A stretch of 38,594 bases of DNA from a virus, in the IMG/VR virus record IMGVR_UViG_3300025362_000002, positions 1 to 38,594 of that record; one strand, written 5' to 3'. The position numbers were made by a program, and so were the translations under genes. The first letter of the stretch is position 1, and every line of letters begins with the position of its first letter. Of this stretch, positions 1 to 8,308 are shown in pieces. Under the pieces are notes generated by a model, which saw nothing but the letters and a program-made list of their open reading frames with translations, ran no database searches and was not told the origin of the DNA.

Positions 1-127
1 GTTTCATGTTCAAAGTCGAGTTTAATACTTCGTTGGTCAAACTGAGAAAGCATAGAGTCCATACAGCCTTTGGTCACGATATCGTTCACTAGGTCGATGT
101 CTCCTGTAGAAATATATCCCTCTATAA
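1..127. repeat. Terminal direct repeat, copy 1 (identical to 38468..38594)
   Basis: Read directly: gtttcatgttcaaagtcgag...atatatccctctataa occurs at both window ends. The length is exactly 127 nt, which is typical of a k-mer overlap in a circular assembly. Confidence 0.95.
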
Positions 128-215
128 AAAACTCTTTTCCCTTTGCGCCAATTACAGTTTTATAATTCAGTTTATCACTGTAGAACACAAATTCATTGTT
201 TATCTCGTCTGCCAT
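1..215 (-). CDS. Prohead protease-scaffold fusion, 5' end. ATG at 215; continues across the circular junction into 36919..38467.
   Basis: The reverse complement of 1..215 reads MADEINNEFVFYSDKLNYKTVIGAKGKEFFIEGYISTGDIDLVNDIVTKGCMD..., in frame with ORF 36919..38556. This adds 42 residues upstream of the GTG start used by the ORF track. Confidence 0.8.
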   Translation of the reverse strand, partial: MADEINNEFVFYSDKLNYKTVIGAKGKEFFIEGYISTGDIDLVNDIVTKGCMDSMLSQFDQRSIKLDFEHE

Positions 216-234
216 AGTCTTAATCCATACTCCT

Positions 235-253
235 TTTTATTTAAATATTTTTA
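235..253 (-). promoter_or_regulatory. Conserved AT-rich promoter-like module, copy a (coding strand TAAAAATATTTAAATAAAA; TATA-like TTTAAATA at 238..245)
   Basis: The 19-mer is identical to 24177..24195 and differs at 1 of 16 core positions from 2750..2765. Exactly 22 nt separate the TATA-like octamer from the protease ATG at 215. Confidence 0.5.
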
Positions 254-263
254 GGGTAGAGCA

Positions 264-2636
264 TTATTCAGCTCTGAATGCCCAACTACTTCTGCAATTA
301 ACATGCGCAGGAGGAACTGGTCCTTTCCATTCACCTTTAGGATCCTTGAAGTCTTCTTCGAGTCCAACTTCTTGGCCGTTTAATCGTTTACACAACGGAC
401 TCGTCCGTCCATCTAAATGAGCCTTATACACTTTTGTTCCTGGTTGACCGCTTTTCATGTAGCCATGCAGTCTCCCATGATTTGCTGCACGATTACTTTC
501 TGTTCTCGCAATCATGTTCGCACGATTATCTCCCACGTCGAAGACTTTAGTGATTTGAGCATTTACATCAGTGAGGGGGGTTCCGTCAATAAAGCTGCGT
601 TGCATCACTTGTCTCAGCTTCTCTGCAATATCGTCATTCATTCCCTTGATATTATCATACGTGTAGTCTGCCATAAAATCTATAGCGTTCTGGTCGGGGA
701 GAATATTAACTCCCAAGTCCTTCTCGGCTTGGTCCCATCCTTTCATGTAGTTGTTCTTGATGATTTCGTCAGTGATACTCTTGAGTGCTCCGATGCCTAA
801 GAGTGTTTTAATCTTTGCAATAATTTCAGGAATGCCTTTAATCTCGCTCAGAGTATTCCTTCCTGCTATTGTAGAAAGTAACTTCTTGATTTCTTTCTCG
901 TTCTGCTTGTTCACGTAATGGATCGCTGATTCGAGTCGTCCATATCCTGTTGGTCGTTCGTTTTCTTTAAGAATTAGAGGATTGCTCATCTCTTGAGCTT
1001 TTTTTTTAACTTTTTTTTTATCAGGATCGTCTTCGTCTTCGTCTTCTTCAGGTTCTGCATCAGGATCCTCAGTTGGTTTCTCAGGAGGTCCTCTCAGACT
1101 CTTCTTGTCTACTTCTTCCTGTGGCTTTTTTGGATTATCTGCATCATCTTCTCGTTCAGACATTGGTTTCTCTGCAGTTTCTCGAGGATCCTTTGGCTCG
1201 TTTCCCATCCCACTCATGTTCCAATTGTTTTCTGCCTGCATCCAGTCCTTTGGTGCATCGTCTCCCCAATCAAGTTCATCAAGCCCTTCTTCAGTTCTCA
1301 CTTCATTGATTGTTTTAAGTCCTGATTCTGTTTGCAGTTTGTAAAGTTCATACTTGACTTTTTCTTCGTCAACATCAAACTTTTTAAATTTGAATTGATA
1401 CTTAGGCCGTTTAATCGTCTTGCCACTATCAGTCTTGATTGTTCCGTAATAGTCAAACTCAGGGATTATGCTCATGTTGTAGTCAGATTCTAAGTTCCGA
1501 AGCATTGGATTAATAGCTTTCTTCCTGAACACCTTAGACTGTACAATCTGATTACTTGCTCCACCTGCATCTTCAGTATAACCAAGTTCTGTTGCCGTAA
1601 CTCCAAAACAAGCCCACACCATTTTAGTGTACCACTTCTGTTTCTCGATTACTTGCATCTCTGCTGCACTGAATTCCACACGAGTAAAAGTCGGAGCCTT
1701 GTTAACGATAGGGACCTTGTTCATGATCTTCTTCCAGTTACCGAACTCATCCTTTGTTCTTTGACTCTCGAACCATTGTTCTTTAAACGCTTTTATCTCA
1801 TCAGCATCACTTTCTTCTAGACCGATGATTCCTTTCGGCACGTTATTGTCATTGTAATATTCAAGATCGCTTTCAATCATGTACATGAGCATTTGTAAAC
1901 TTTTAGCGAGTGTTTGTACTGGACTTTGACCGTAGTGATCGTCCGTTCTCTTCATTTGCTCAATCCATATAATCTCTCTCTTTCCGAAAGGCACAGGGAT
2001 TGGTCCTGCTATCCATCCGTATTGGAAATATGCTGCTTTCTCTCTGCTCGTCTGAGCAGTGATTTCTGTGTAAGGATTAAGATATTCTTGGCCGACTGTA
2101 TCATCCACGATCTTACTTGGCATTACCAATTCGTCTCGGTGAGTATACATTCCATGCACATCAGGGTTCTTAGTAAATGTTGCGCCATCTCGAGCTACAA
2201 TCTCCACCATTTCTTCCTTCATGTTAAAAACTTTATTTAGAACTCCACTGTTAACTTCAAGCACATCTCGCACTGGCATACGAATAAATACTTCTTCGAA
2301 GGATTCTTTGTTTGTATTTGGGTTTAAGAAAAAGTTACGAATATGTTCTATCTCAGCATCATCTGATTGGTCTTCCATACCGTCACATGGTACGATGTCC
2401 CACTCAATACTTGCTATCTCATCAATAATGGTCCTGATGCACATCTCAACATACGGAGTCTTCGCTAAGTAGCGAATGTATGTGACATTTGCGAATCGTG
2501 GGTATCCGAAAGGAGGTTTGTATAAAAACTTCGGGATATAACCTTTGTTGATTCCTTCTCGTGTAGTCTCGTTTATAGAGTCTACTGCCATTACCGACTT
2601 TTTTGCAAAGCCTAACCAGTTTTTTAGTGATGCCAT
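264..2636 (-). CDS. Portal protein fused to a C-terminal Mu F / SPP1 gp7-like head-morphogenesis domain
   Basis: 790 aa, located directly after TerL. The C-terminus ARTESNRAANHG...AHLDGRTSPLCKRLNGQ...PPAHVNCRSS matches the Phage_Mu_F signature (TE..A.N, D.R.C..C, PP.H.NCR). An acidic, lysine-rich linker (EDEDEDDPDKKKVKKK) separates the two parts. Confidence 0.8.
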   Translation of the reverse strand: MASLKNWLGFAKKSVMAVDSINETTREGINKGYIPKFLYKPPFGYPRFANVTYIRYLAKTPYVEMCIRTIIDEIASIEWDIVPCDGMEDQSDDAEIEHIRNFFLNPNTNKESFEEVFIRMPVRDVLEVNSGVLNKVFNMKEEMVEIVARDGATFTKNPDVHGMYTHRDELVMPSKIVDDTVGQEYLNPYTEITAQTSREKAAYFQYGWIAGPIPVPFGKREIIWIEQMKRTDDHYGQSPVQTLAKSLQMLMYMIESDLEYYNDNNVPKGIIGLEESDADEIKAFKEQWFESQRTKDEFGNWKKIMNKVPIVNKAPTFTRVEFSAAEMQVIEKQKWYTKMVWACFGVTATELGYTEDAGGASNQIVQSKVFRKKAINPMLRNLESDYNMSIIPEFDYYGTIKTDSGKTIKRPKYQFKFKKFDVDEEKVKYELYKLQTESGLKTINEVRTEEGLDELDWGDDAPKDWMQAENNWNMSGMGNEPKDPRETAEKPMSEREDDADNPKKPQEEVDKKSLRGPPEKPTEDPDAEPEEDEDEDDPDKKKVKKKAQEMSNPLILKENERPTGYGRLESAIHYVNKQNEKEIKKLLSTIAGRNTLSEIKGIPEIIAKIKTLLGIGALKSITDEIIKNNYMKGWDQAEKDLGVNILPDQNAIDFMADYTYDNIKGMNDDIAEKLRQVMQRSFIDGTPLTDVNAQITKVFDVGDNRANMIARTESNRAANHGRLHGYMKSGQPGTKVYKAHLDGRTSPLCKRLNGQEVGLEEDFKDPKGEWKGPVPPAHVNCRSSWAFRAE

Positions 2637-2748
2637 AAATAGGAAATGTAGCGAAGGATATTTCTCAACCCGCCCATCTGGATGAACTCGCTACCAGCCC
2701 ATGTCTTTCGACTTTAGGATTAGTATAGTCTGTATAAGAACTTTCTTG

Positions 2749-2766
2749 TTATATAAATATTTTTAT
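2749..2766 (-). promoter_or_regulatory. Conserved AT-rich promoter-like module, copy b (coding strand ATAAAAATATTTATATAA; TTTATATA at 2750..2757)
   Basis: Lies in the 142-nt TerL-portal spacer and is a near-copy of the modules at 235..253 and 24177..24195. Confidence 0.45.
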
Positions 2767-2778
2767 GGCTCACCATAT

Positions 2779-4281
2779 CTAACCGAACCCGAATGCGAAG
2801 CCTTTGTTGTCCTTCCAAACAAAATAAACCAATGCATCACCCCAATCAGGACTGTTATCTTCTGGATCTATAACTTTCTTCTTGTTTGCACTTGTCCGCT
2901 CCCACTTCTCTGCTGTGAGTTGCCCTCTTATCTTGTGCGATTCAGGGATGTCTATAAGGTCTTCTCTTAGTAAGTCTGCGAGTCTGAAGTAGTTTTCTGA
3001 TTTCTTATTAATAAAAATGTCATTCTTGATTGCTTTCTCTCCGTAATGACACCCAACTACCTTTAAGTGTTTGAGTTTCTTCTCACTGATAACTTCTTTT
3101 AATCTGCTGAGTGGTCCCGCCCCGATTCCTATTCGGTCAATGTTAAGCTGCCCTTGGAGTTCTTCTTCTATAAATTCTTGAGCCACATCCACTATCTTTC
3201 CGACTACTCTCATCGGATCGCTTTTTGCCTCGCTGTAACTCCCGACCACTTGGAATTTGTTCTCCCATTCGATTCCCCAAATGATTACAGTCTCGTCCAG
3301 TCCCATTTCTGCAGGATCGCACGCTACTATTTTCTTAAAACTTTTAAGCCTTTCTTGGATGTTCCGAGTTTGTATGTTGAATTCTCCCTCTCCCATCTTG
3401 AACCGTTTAGTCTGTAGTTCCTTCAGCTCTTGGAGTAGATGATCTATCTTTTCTTGAAAATTAAACTTTCTTTTCTCTGCGTTAGTTATCCAATCAAGAC
3501 TGAATAAGCTGTCCTCTGATTGTTCAGGGAATTTGCTTTCATAAAGTACTGTGAATTCTAAAGGAGAAACATCTTTCTTTTGCTGCATGATGAACTTCTC
3601 TGTGGTCCGTCCTTCTCTCACTGCTTGCTCCCATCCGATATGGATTACTTCCCACTCAGGGTTTAATGTGTGCTCGAAGGCTTTGTTGTCTTTATTCCAT
3701 GGATTGTAGAGTTCTATTTCTATTGCTTCTTCAGGATTGTCCCCAAGCATACGACTGCTTTTAGTGAATGCGTTACGATTAATCAGACACGCTTCATCCC
3801 TTACGAGTATGTCACATCCGAATCCCATCAGTCTGTCTGCATCTCCTTCTCCGTTGAAAACTCTATATTCTGCTCCTGTTGTGAACGTCATTCTGTTTCT
3901 ACTCGCTTCTTTGGCGATTCTCGCTTCTCCTGTTGTGAAAATCTGAGCCTTACTTAATAAACTCTTATCTGTGACTATAAGTTCTGCGAGGTATTGTCTG
4001 ATAAGTCCTGCCTGTTCTTTCTTTGGTCCGAGAAATCCTATCTTTGCCGGGACTCCGAAATCAAGTAATAAAGCGAATCCGAAGGCTACGCATTGAGTCT
4101 TGCCGTATCTTGTCATTGCTGATATGCTGAGTTTCCTGACTTCCATAAATGCTATTTTGCGCACTATGTCTGCTTGGCCTTTGCTTAGTGTGAAACCCCA
4201 TTTGTGCTTTACAAGGATGTCTACTCGTTTGTTCTTGATCGCCCAGTCAGTCAGTTCTTTATCTGTCGGTCCTTCAGTCAT
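2779..4281 (-). CDS. terL: Terminase large subunit
   Basis: 500 aa. Walker A-like AMTRYGKTQ, Walker B-like DILVRDEA, and a C-terminal nuclease-like acidic motif IVACDPA..GLDETV. Sits between a small HTH protein and the portal. Confidence 0.85.
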   Translation of the reverse strand: MTEGPTDKELTDWAIKNKRVDILVKHKWGFTLSKGQADIVRKIAFMEVRKLSISAMTRYGKTQCVAFGFALLLDFGVPAKIGFLGPKKEQAGLIRQYLAELIVTDKSLLSKAQIFTTGEARIAKEASRNRMTFTTGAEYRVFNGEGDADRLMGFGCDILVRDEACLINRNAFTKSSRMLGDNPEEAIEIELYNPWNKDNKAFEHTLNPEWEVIHIGWEQAVREGRTTEKFIMQQKKDVSPLEFTVLYESKFPEQSEDSLFSLDWITNAEKRKFNFQEKIDHLLQELKELQTKRFKMGEGEFNIQTRNIQERLKSFKKIVACDPAEMGLDETVIIWGIEWENKFQVVGSYSEAKSDPMRVVGKIVDVAQEFIEEELQGQLNIDRIGIGAGPLSRLKEVISEKKLKHLKVVGCHYGEKAIKNDIFINKKSENYFRLADLLREDLIDIPESHKIRGQLTAEKWERTSANKKKVIDPEDNSPDWGDALVYFVWKDNKGFAFGFG

Positions 4282-4759
4282 TCTTATTGTCCAGTACTTG
4301 AGCCTTGTTCATCTTGAACTTCTCCAACATCTCAGGATAATTCCTTCTTATGCTATCTGCTATCGTAGTCACGCCTTCAACCACATTTGTATTCTGAATT
4401 GCTATCTGAGGAGCTTCCTGTGGTAATAATCCAACCAGTTGCCTTCGCTTAATGTCCAACACTTCCTCTCCTTGTAATAATTGAATTGCTCTATTACGAT
4501 CGCCAACCTTAGTCGAGCTGTCCAGTACGATAATCCATAGTTTCTGGATCCTTTTCTGTTTGCCTATTTCCATCTCTGCGATTTGGTCTTCCACACCAAC
4601 TCTCATTGCATCAATCGATTCTCTTCGCCGGTCCTTCACATAACTCACTATACTTCTTCGTGCGATGCCTAATTTGTGAGCAATAGTTCTATAAGAATAG
4701 CCGGTCAGCACCATATCCATTACTTGGTCCTTGAGTTTTTCCCTTTCTTCAGTATTCAT
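4274..4759 (-). CDS. terS: Terminase small subunit candidate (HTH DNA-binding)
   Basis: 161 aa with an N-terminal HTH (GYSYRTIAHKLGIARRSIVSYV). Overlaps the TerL start by 8 nt. SD GGAGACTAACTG precedes the ATG. Confidence 0.6.
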   Translation of the reverse strand: MNTEEREKLKDQVMDMVLTGYSYRTIAHKLGIARRSIVSYVKDRRRESIDAMRVGVEDQIAEMEIGKQKRIQKLWIIVLDSSTKVGDRNRAIQLLQGEEVLDIKRRQLVGLLPQEAPQIAIQNTNVVEGVTTIADSIRRNYPEMLEKFKMNKAQVLDNKND

Positions 4760-4779
4760 CAGTTAGTCTCCATAGGAAA

Positions 4780-5967
4780 TCATGGGGTTGTTTCCTGTTG
4801 TTTCATATGCAACTTACGGTGCAATAGCGCAAGGTGTATTCTCTTTGCTACTGCTTCCATTACATTTGTTGTGACAGCGTTCCCCATCATCTTATATCGC
4901 TGATTGTCGCTTATCAGGACATCTGAGCCGTCTTCTTCTGTTCCGTACTTCGTCCAGTCGTCCGGGAAGCCTTGTAATCGCTCACATTCGATTGGAGTTA
5001 GTCTTCTGATGCGAGTGTCCACTTCTACTGCTTGAGTGCTCCCTGTGTCGAGACAGTACGCCTCTTCAACCTTGCTTATGTGACCGCTTCCGCCTGCTTT
5101 AGGGTTCTTCTTCAGGCTTGGACGGTCTGCGTTCCTGGTCTGTAGACTGTGCATGATTACATTCGTCACATCTGTTTTCCCGATCGCCATCAATGTTGGA
5201 CTGATGTCTTCAGGTGTTTTGTAGTGATCCCCCCATCGAGGTTTAGCTTCTTCCAATTGTTCTTTGACTTTGTACAATCCGTTGTCAGCTCCCGAGCAAG
5301 TCAGAGTACTCGACACTCCTTCTGCATCATACACTCTGTCCCATTGGCTTGTTCCTTTGGGGGTTATTTCTTTGAGTCCTGTTTTTCCCTTGCCCTTTTC
5401 ATCACTTCCGCCTGTTGCTTTGGGGATAGGAAATACTTTTGGTCCACTGTAGTCTCTAAGATGTCCGATAATGATGATACGCTCCCTGTTTTGTGGTACT
5501 CCGAAATGCTTGCTGTTAAGCAGTTGCCATTCTGCATCATACCCCAGTTCATCCAAAGTTTCGAGGATAGTGGTAATTGTACTCCCTTGCTCATGAGAGA
5601 GTAACCCCTTGACGTTCTCAAAGAATAAAATCGGGGGCTTTTTGCATTTAGCAATCCTCGCAAGGTCATAAAAAAGCGTCCCCCTTGTATCTTTAAAGCC
5701 CATTCGTTTTCCAGCAATTGAGAAAGTTTGACAAGGAAATCCGCCACATAGGATGTCGAAGTCGGGTAGTTCATCTTCTTTGATTTTTGTAATGTCTCCA
5801 TAGTTTTTCACTCCTTTAAATTGTCTCTTGAGTACCTTGTTCGAATGATTATTAAACTCACTCATCCCCACACAGACGGCTCCTGGTATGGCTCGTTCTA
5901 TTCCTAGTTCGAACCCACCCACACCTGTGAAAGTACTGAAGTACCTTATTGGTTTATCTTGCTCCAT
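4780..5967 (-). CDS. DNA (cytosine-5) methyltransferase
   Basis: Motif I FSTFTGVGGF, motif IV GGFPCQTFS, motif VI ENVKGL, motif VIII QNRERIIIIG, motif X GNAV. Start taken at MEQDK (ATG 5967, SD GGAGAAAAA). The 34-codon upstream extension in the ORF track lies inside the preceding gene. Confidence 0.9.
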   Translation of the reverse strand: MEQDKPIRYFSTFTGVGGFELGIERAIPGAVCVGMSEFNNHSNKVLKRQFKGVKNYGDITKIKEDELPDFDILCGGFPCQTFSIAGKRMGFKDTRGTLFYDLARIAKCKKPPILFFENVKGLLSHEQGSTITTILETLDELGYDAEWQLLNSKHFGVPQNRERIIIIGHLRDYSGPKVFPIPKATGGSDEKGKGKTGLKEITPKGTSQWDRVYDAEGVSSTLTCSGADNGLYKVKEQLEEAKPRWGDHYKTPEDISPTLMAIGKTDVTNVIMHSLQTRNADRPSLKKNPKAGGSGHISKVEEAYCLDTGSTQAVEVDTRIRRLTPIECERLQGFPDDWTKYGTEEDGSDVLISDNQRYKMMGNAVTTNVMEAVAKRIHLALLHRKLHMKQQETTP

Positions 5968-7265
5968 TTTTCTCCGTCTGATTCTCTGATAGGATCCTTC
6001 TCGGTGAAATTTGCCCATCTCGTTAGTATCACATCTACATACTTTGGATCTAGTTCCATTGCATAGCATTTTCTTCCGCTTGTTTCACACGCCATTAAAG
6101 TGCTTCCGCTTCCACAGCATGGTTCTATTACCAAGTCGTTTGGTCTACTGCTGTTCTTGATTAGTCTCTTGCTAAGTCCTACAGGTTTCTGTGTACTGTG
6201 TAAGTATTCGCTGCTTGGATCCTTTTTCTCTCTGATAAGGTCTGAGTCTTTTCGGATTTCTGCAATCATGTTGATTAATTCTTCTTTCTTCAGAGTTTCT
6301 AAGTCTTCCACTGTACTGTTCAGGATTACGGTCTTGTGAGTACGATCGCCAAACCATGAAGGATGATCTTCTTTTCTGCAGTAAAGTATTGGTTCGTGTG
6401 TCCAATGATAGTCGCTGTGGCCGAGTACATGACCTTTCTCCCATATCAGAGTTTGTTTAATAAGCCATCCTGCTTCTTTAAGACTGTTCTCGAAGATTAT
6501 GTGATTCGTGCTCGCATAGCAAGTGTACATTGGTGCGTTCTTCTTAGTGTGTTTGCATACATTCTTGTAGATTCCTAGTAAGAATTGGTAGAGTTCATCT
6601 TCTCTCAGGTCATCGTTCTTCAGGATGTCCCATTCTCTTCCGTTTGGATTATTCGTTCCTTTGTAACTTACACCATATGGAGGATCAGTCCAACTTAAAT
6701 CGGCTATTTGCTTGTTCATTAATAAATTAAAATCTTCTTCTTTCGTGCTATCCCCACACATTAGTCTATGATCGCCTAAAATATACACTTCCCCATGCTT
6801 ACTTTTTGGTTTATCTGGAGCGTTTGGAGTCTGGTCTATATTTGCATCCTTTTCTGCTTGAGTTTTCCGGGAGAGTATCTCATCGAGTATTGGCTCATCG
6901 AATCCACTGAGTGTTAGGTCTATTCCTCGCTCTTCTAAATCTTTTAATAATTCGAACAGTTTGTCATCATCCCAATCACCACTTATCTCGTTCAGTGCAA
7001 TGTTCAGCAGTTGTTCCTTTTCCTCTGTTAAATCAACATAAGTCACAGGGACCTCTACCATTCCTAGCTTTGTTGCTGCATCTACTCTCTGATGTCCACC
7101 AACTATAATGTTCATTCTAGTCTTGTGCTTATTTACGATCACTGGATCTACAAATCCGAACTCTTCGATGGATCGCATGAGCTTTTGTACTTCACGCTTT
7201 GTTATTCTTCTCGGGTTCTTCTCGTTTGGTTTTAAGTCTTTTATTGGTACGTTTGTTATCTCCAT
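5946..7265 (-). CDS. ParB-like nuclease domain fused to a DNA methyltransferase (N6-adenine/N4-cytosine type, DPPY)
   Basis: N-terminal IKDLKPNEKNPRRI...GGHQRVDAA is ParB/Srx-like. DPPYGV (motif IV) precedes EPCCGSGSTLMA (motif I), a beta-class order. Confidence 0.85.
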   Translation of the reverse strand: MEITNVPIKDLKPNEKNPRRITKREVQKLMRSIEEFGFVDPVIVNKHKTRMNIIVGGHQRVDAATKLGMVEVPVTYVDLTEEKEQLLNIALNEISGDWDDDKLFELLKDLEERGIDLTLSGFDEPILDEILSRKTQAEKDANIDQTPNAPDKPKSKHGEVYILGDHRLMCGDSTKEEDFNLLMNKQIADLSWTDPPYGVSYKGTNNPNGREWDILKNDDLREDELYQFLLGIYKNVCKHTKKNAPMYTCYASTNHIIFENSLKEAGWLIKQTLIWEKGHVLGHSDYHWTHEPILYCRKEDHPSWFGDRTHKTVILNSTVEDLETLKKEELINMIAEIRKDSDLIREKKDPSSEYLHSTQKPVGLSKRLIKNSSRPNDLVIEPCCGSGSTLMACETSGRKCYAMELDPKYVDVILTRWANFTEKDPIRESDGEKWSKINQ

Positions 7266-7324
7266 CGTTCATCTCTCCATGTGTTTCGAAGGTTTCTGCC
7301 TTCTTTTTCTTAAATTGTTTTGTC

Positions 7325-7732
7325 TCAATAAGAGTCATCGTTCAATTCTCCGTATTGTTCAATCGTTATTTCAGTTCTGGCCGAATCACTGTACTGCTTC
7401 GTTGCAGTTATTCTCATGACCTGCGCATCATCCACATAAAAAACCCCATTCAATGCATCCAAGACCAGTTTAATCATGTTATCAATGTCAGGCTTCTTAG
7501 TCCAGTAGATTGTGCTCTTCGAGTAACTCTTCGGTTTGACCTTAAAAAAAACTATATCCATTACGATCGGTCCAGTCATAAGTTCCTTTGGCTTTTGTCT
7601 TCTCGTCTGAAGGATGATCCTTTCTTCTGCTTCCTTCGTTTCCTTTGGCGTGTAGATTGTTGGATACTTCCCTCTGAGTGCTACTCTCGGTCGTCCTTTC
7701 GCCACCGGTTCTCCTTGAATTATTAATTTCAT
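7325..7732 (-). CDS. rusA: RusA-family Holliday junction resolvase
   Basis: 135 aa. GEPVAKGRPRV...TKKPDIDNMIKLVLDALNGVFYVDDAQV matches the RusA signature (KPD.DN..K...D.L......DD.Q). Confidence 0.8.
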   Translation of the reverse strand: MKLIIQGEPVAKGRPRVALRGKYPTIYTPKETKEAEERIILQTRRQKPKELMTGPIVMDIVFFKVKPKSYSKSTIYWTKKPDIDNMIKLVLDALNGVFYVDDAQVMRITATKQYSDSARTEITIEQYGELNDDSY

Positions 7733-7795
7733 CTTGTTTTCCGAAGTCAGTCAGTCGTTTGCATAATCTCTGCGCTTGGTAAGAGACAGGCATTC

Positions 7796-8308
7796 TCATG
7801 CACCTTTTCTCTTCAACCTCGCCATAATCTTCAACAACTTAGATTGTTCTGTTGCACTTAATTCCTTAAAAATAGGATCCTTCACTTCCTGTTTAACTTT
7901 CGCCCATATGTTAGTAAACCATGGATACGGTGTTTCTTTGGCTTCTATTGATTCAAGCAAGTTCTTCTTCAACCCTTCATGTCGCTGCTTTTCATAGTCC
8001 TTCTTGGTCAGTTCTTCAGCTTCACTCATTACCGGATTCATCAAGTCAATCTCTGCTTGGATCTTCTTTTCTTGCTCTTTCATCTTCTCAGTAAATTCTG
8101 CAGAAGTATTGTACTTGGTATCTTCCAATGCTTTGTCGTTCTGTCGCATCAAAGTCAGATATTCTCTGTACTTCCAAAAACTCACAGTAGTTACTACCTG
8201 AGTAATCTTAACATCACCATTCTCTTCGACTTCATATTTGGTATCTGGTGGTTGTTGGTCTGTTTTATACGGTACTGCTTGTTGTGCTTCTTGATTTGGT
8301 TCCATCAT
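7796..8308 (-). CDS. Hypothetical protein (charged, coiled-coil-rich)
   Basis: Long ORF in the coding-strand series. ATG at 8308/8305 preceded by GAGGGAAAG. The ORF-track start at 8323 is a GTG. Confidence 0.55.
   Translation of the reverse strand: MMEPNQEAQQAVPYKTDQQPPDTKYEVEENGDVKITQVVTTVSFWKYREYLTLMRQNDKALEDTKYNTSAEFTEKMKEQEKKIQAEIDLMNPVMSEAEELTKKDYEKQRHEGLKKNLLESIEAKETPYPWFTNIWAKVKQEVKDPIFKELSATEQSKLLKIMARLKRKGA

Noticed and set aside
1-127. Reading the 127-nt terminal repeat as a biological direct terminal repeat or LTR-like element
   Set aside because: It lies inside a continuous protein-coding frame, and its length equals a common assembler k-mer size. A circularisation overlap is the simpler explanation, although only read data can settle it.
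5364-5801. Minus-strand alternative-frame ORFs nested in larger genes (5364..5801, 6172..6444, 7542..7799, 12017..12217, 18072..18257, 21064..21321, 30033..30218, 34594..34776)
   Set aside because: Each is fully contained in a gene with strong domain evidence or a better coding context. For example, 18072..18257 is only the out-of-frame reading of the HxH repeat, which gives its M/H/Q-rich string.
5968-6069. 34-codon N-terminal extension of the C5-methyltransferase ORF (the ORF track starts at 6069)
   Set aside because: The extension lies inside the 3' end of the ParB-methyltransferase gene and precedes motif I by an implausible basic leader. The ATG at 5967 has GGAG at the right spacing and starts just before FSTFTGVGGF.
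7266-7338. Possible 49-codon ORF starting at ATG 7338 and running out of frame into the ParB-methyltransferase gene
   Set aside because: It has no convincing RBS and overlaps both neighbours extensively. Its product is a low-complexity Lys/Glu/Asn string. The spacer is better explained as the RBS region (GGAGAGATGAACG-ATG) of the methyltransferase.
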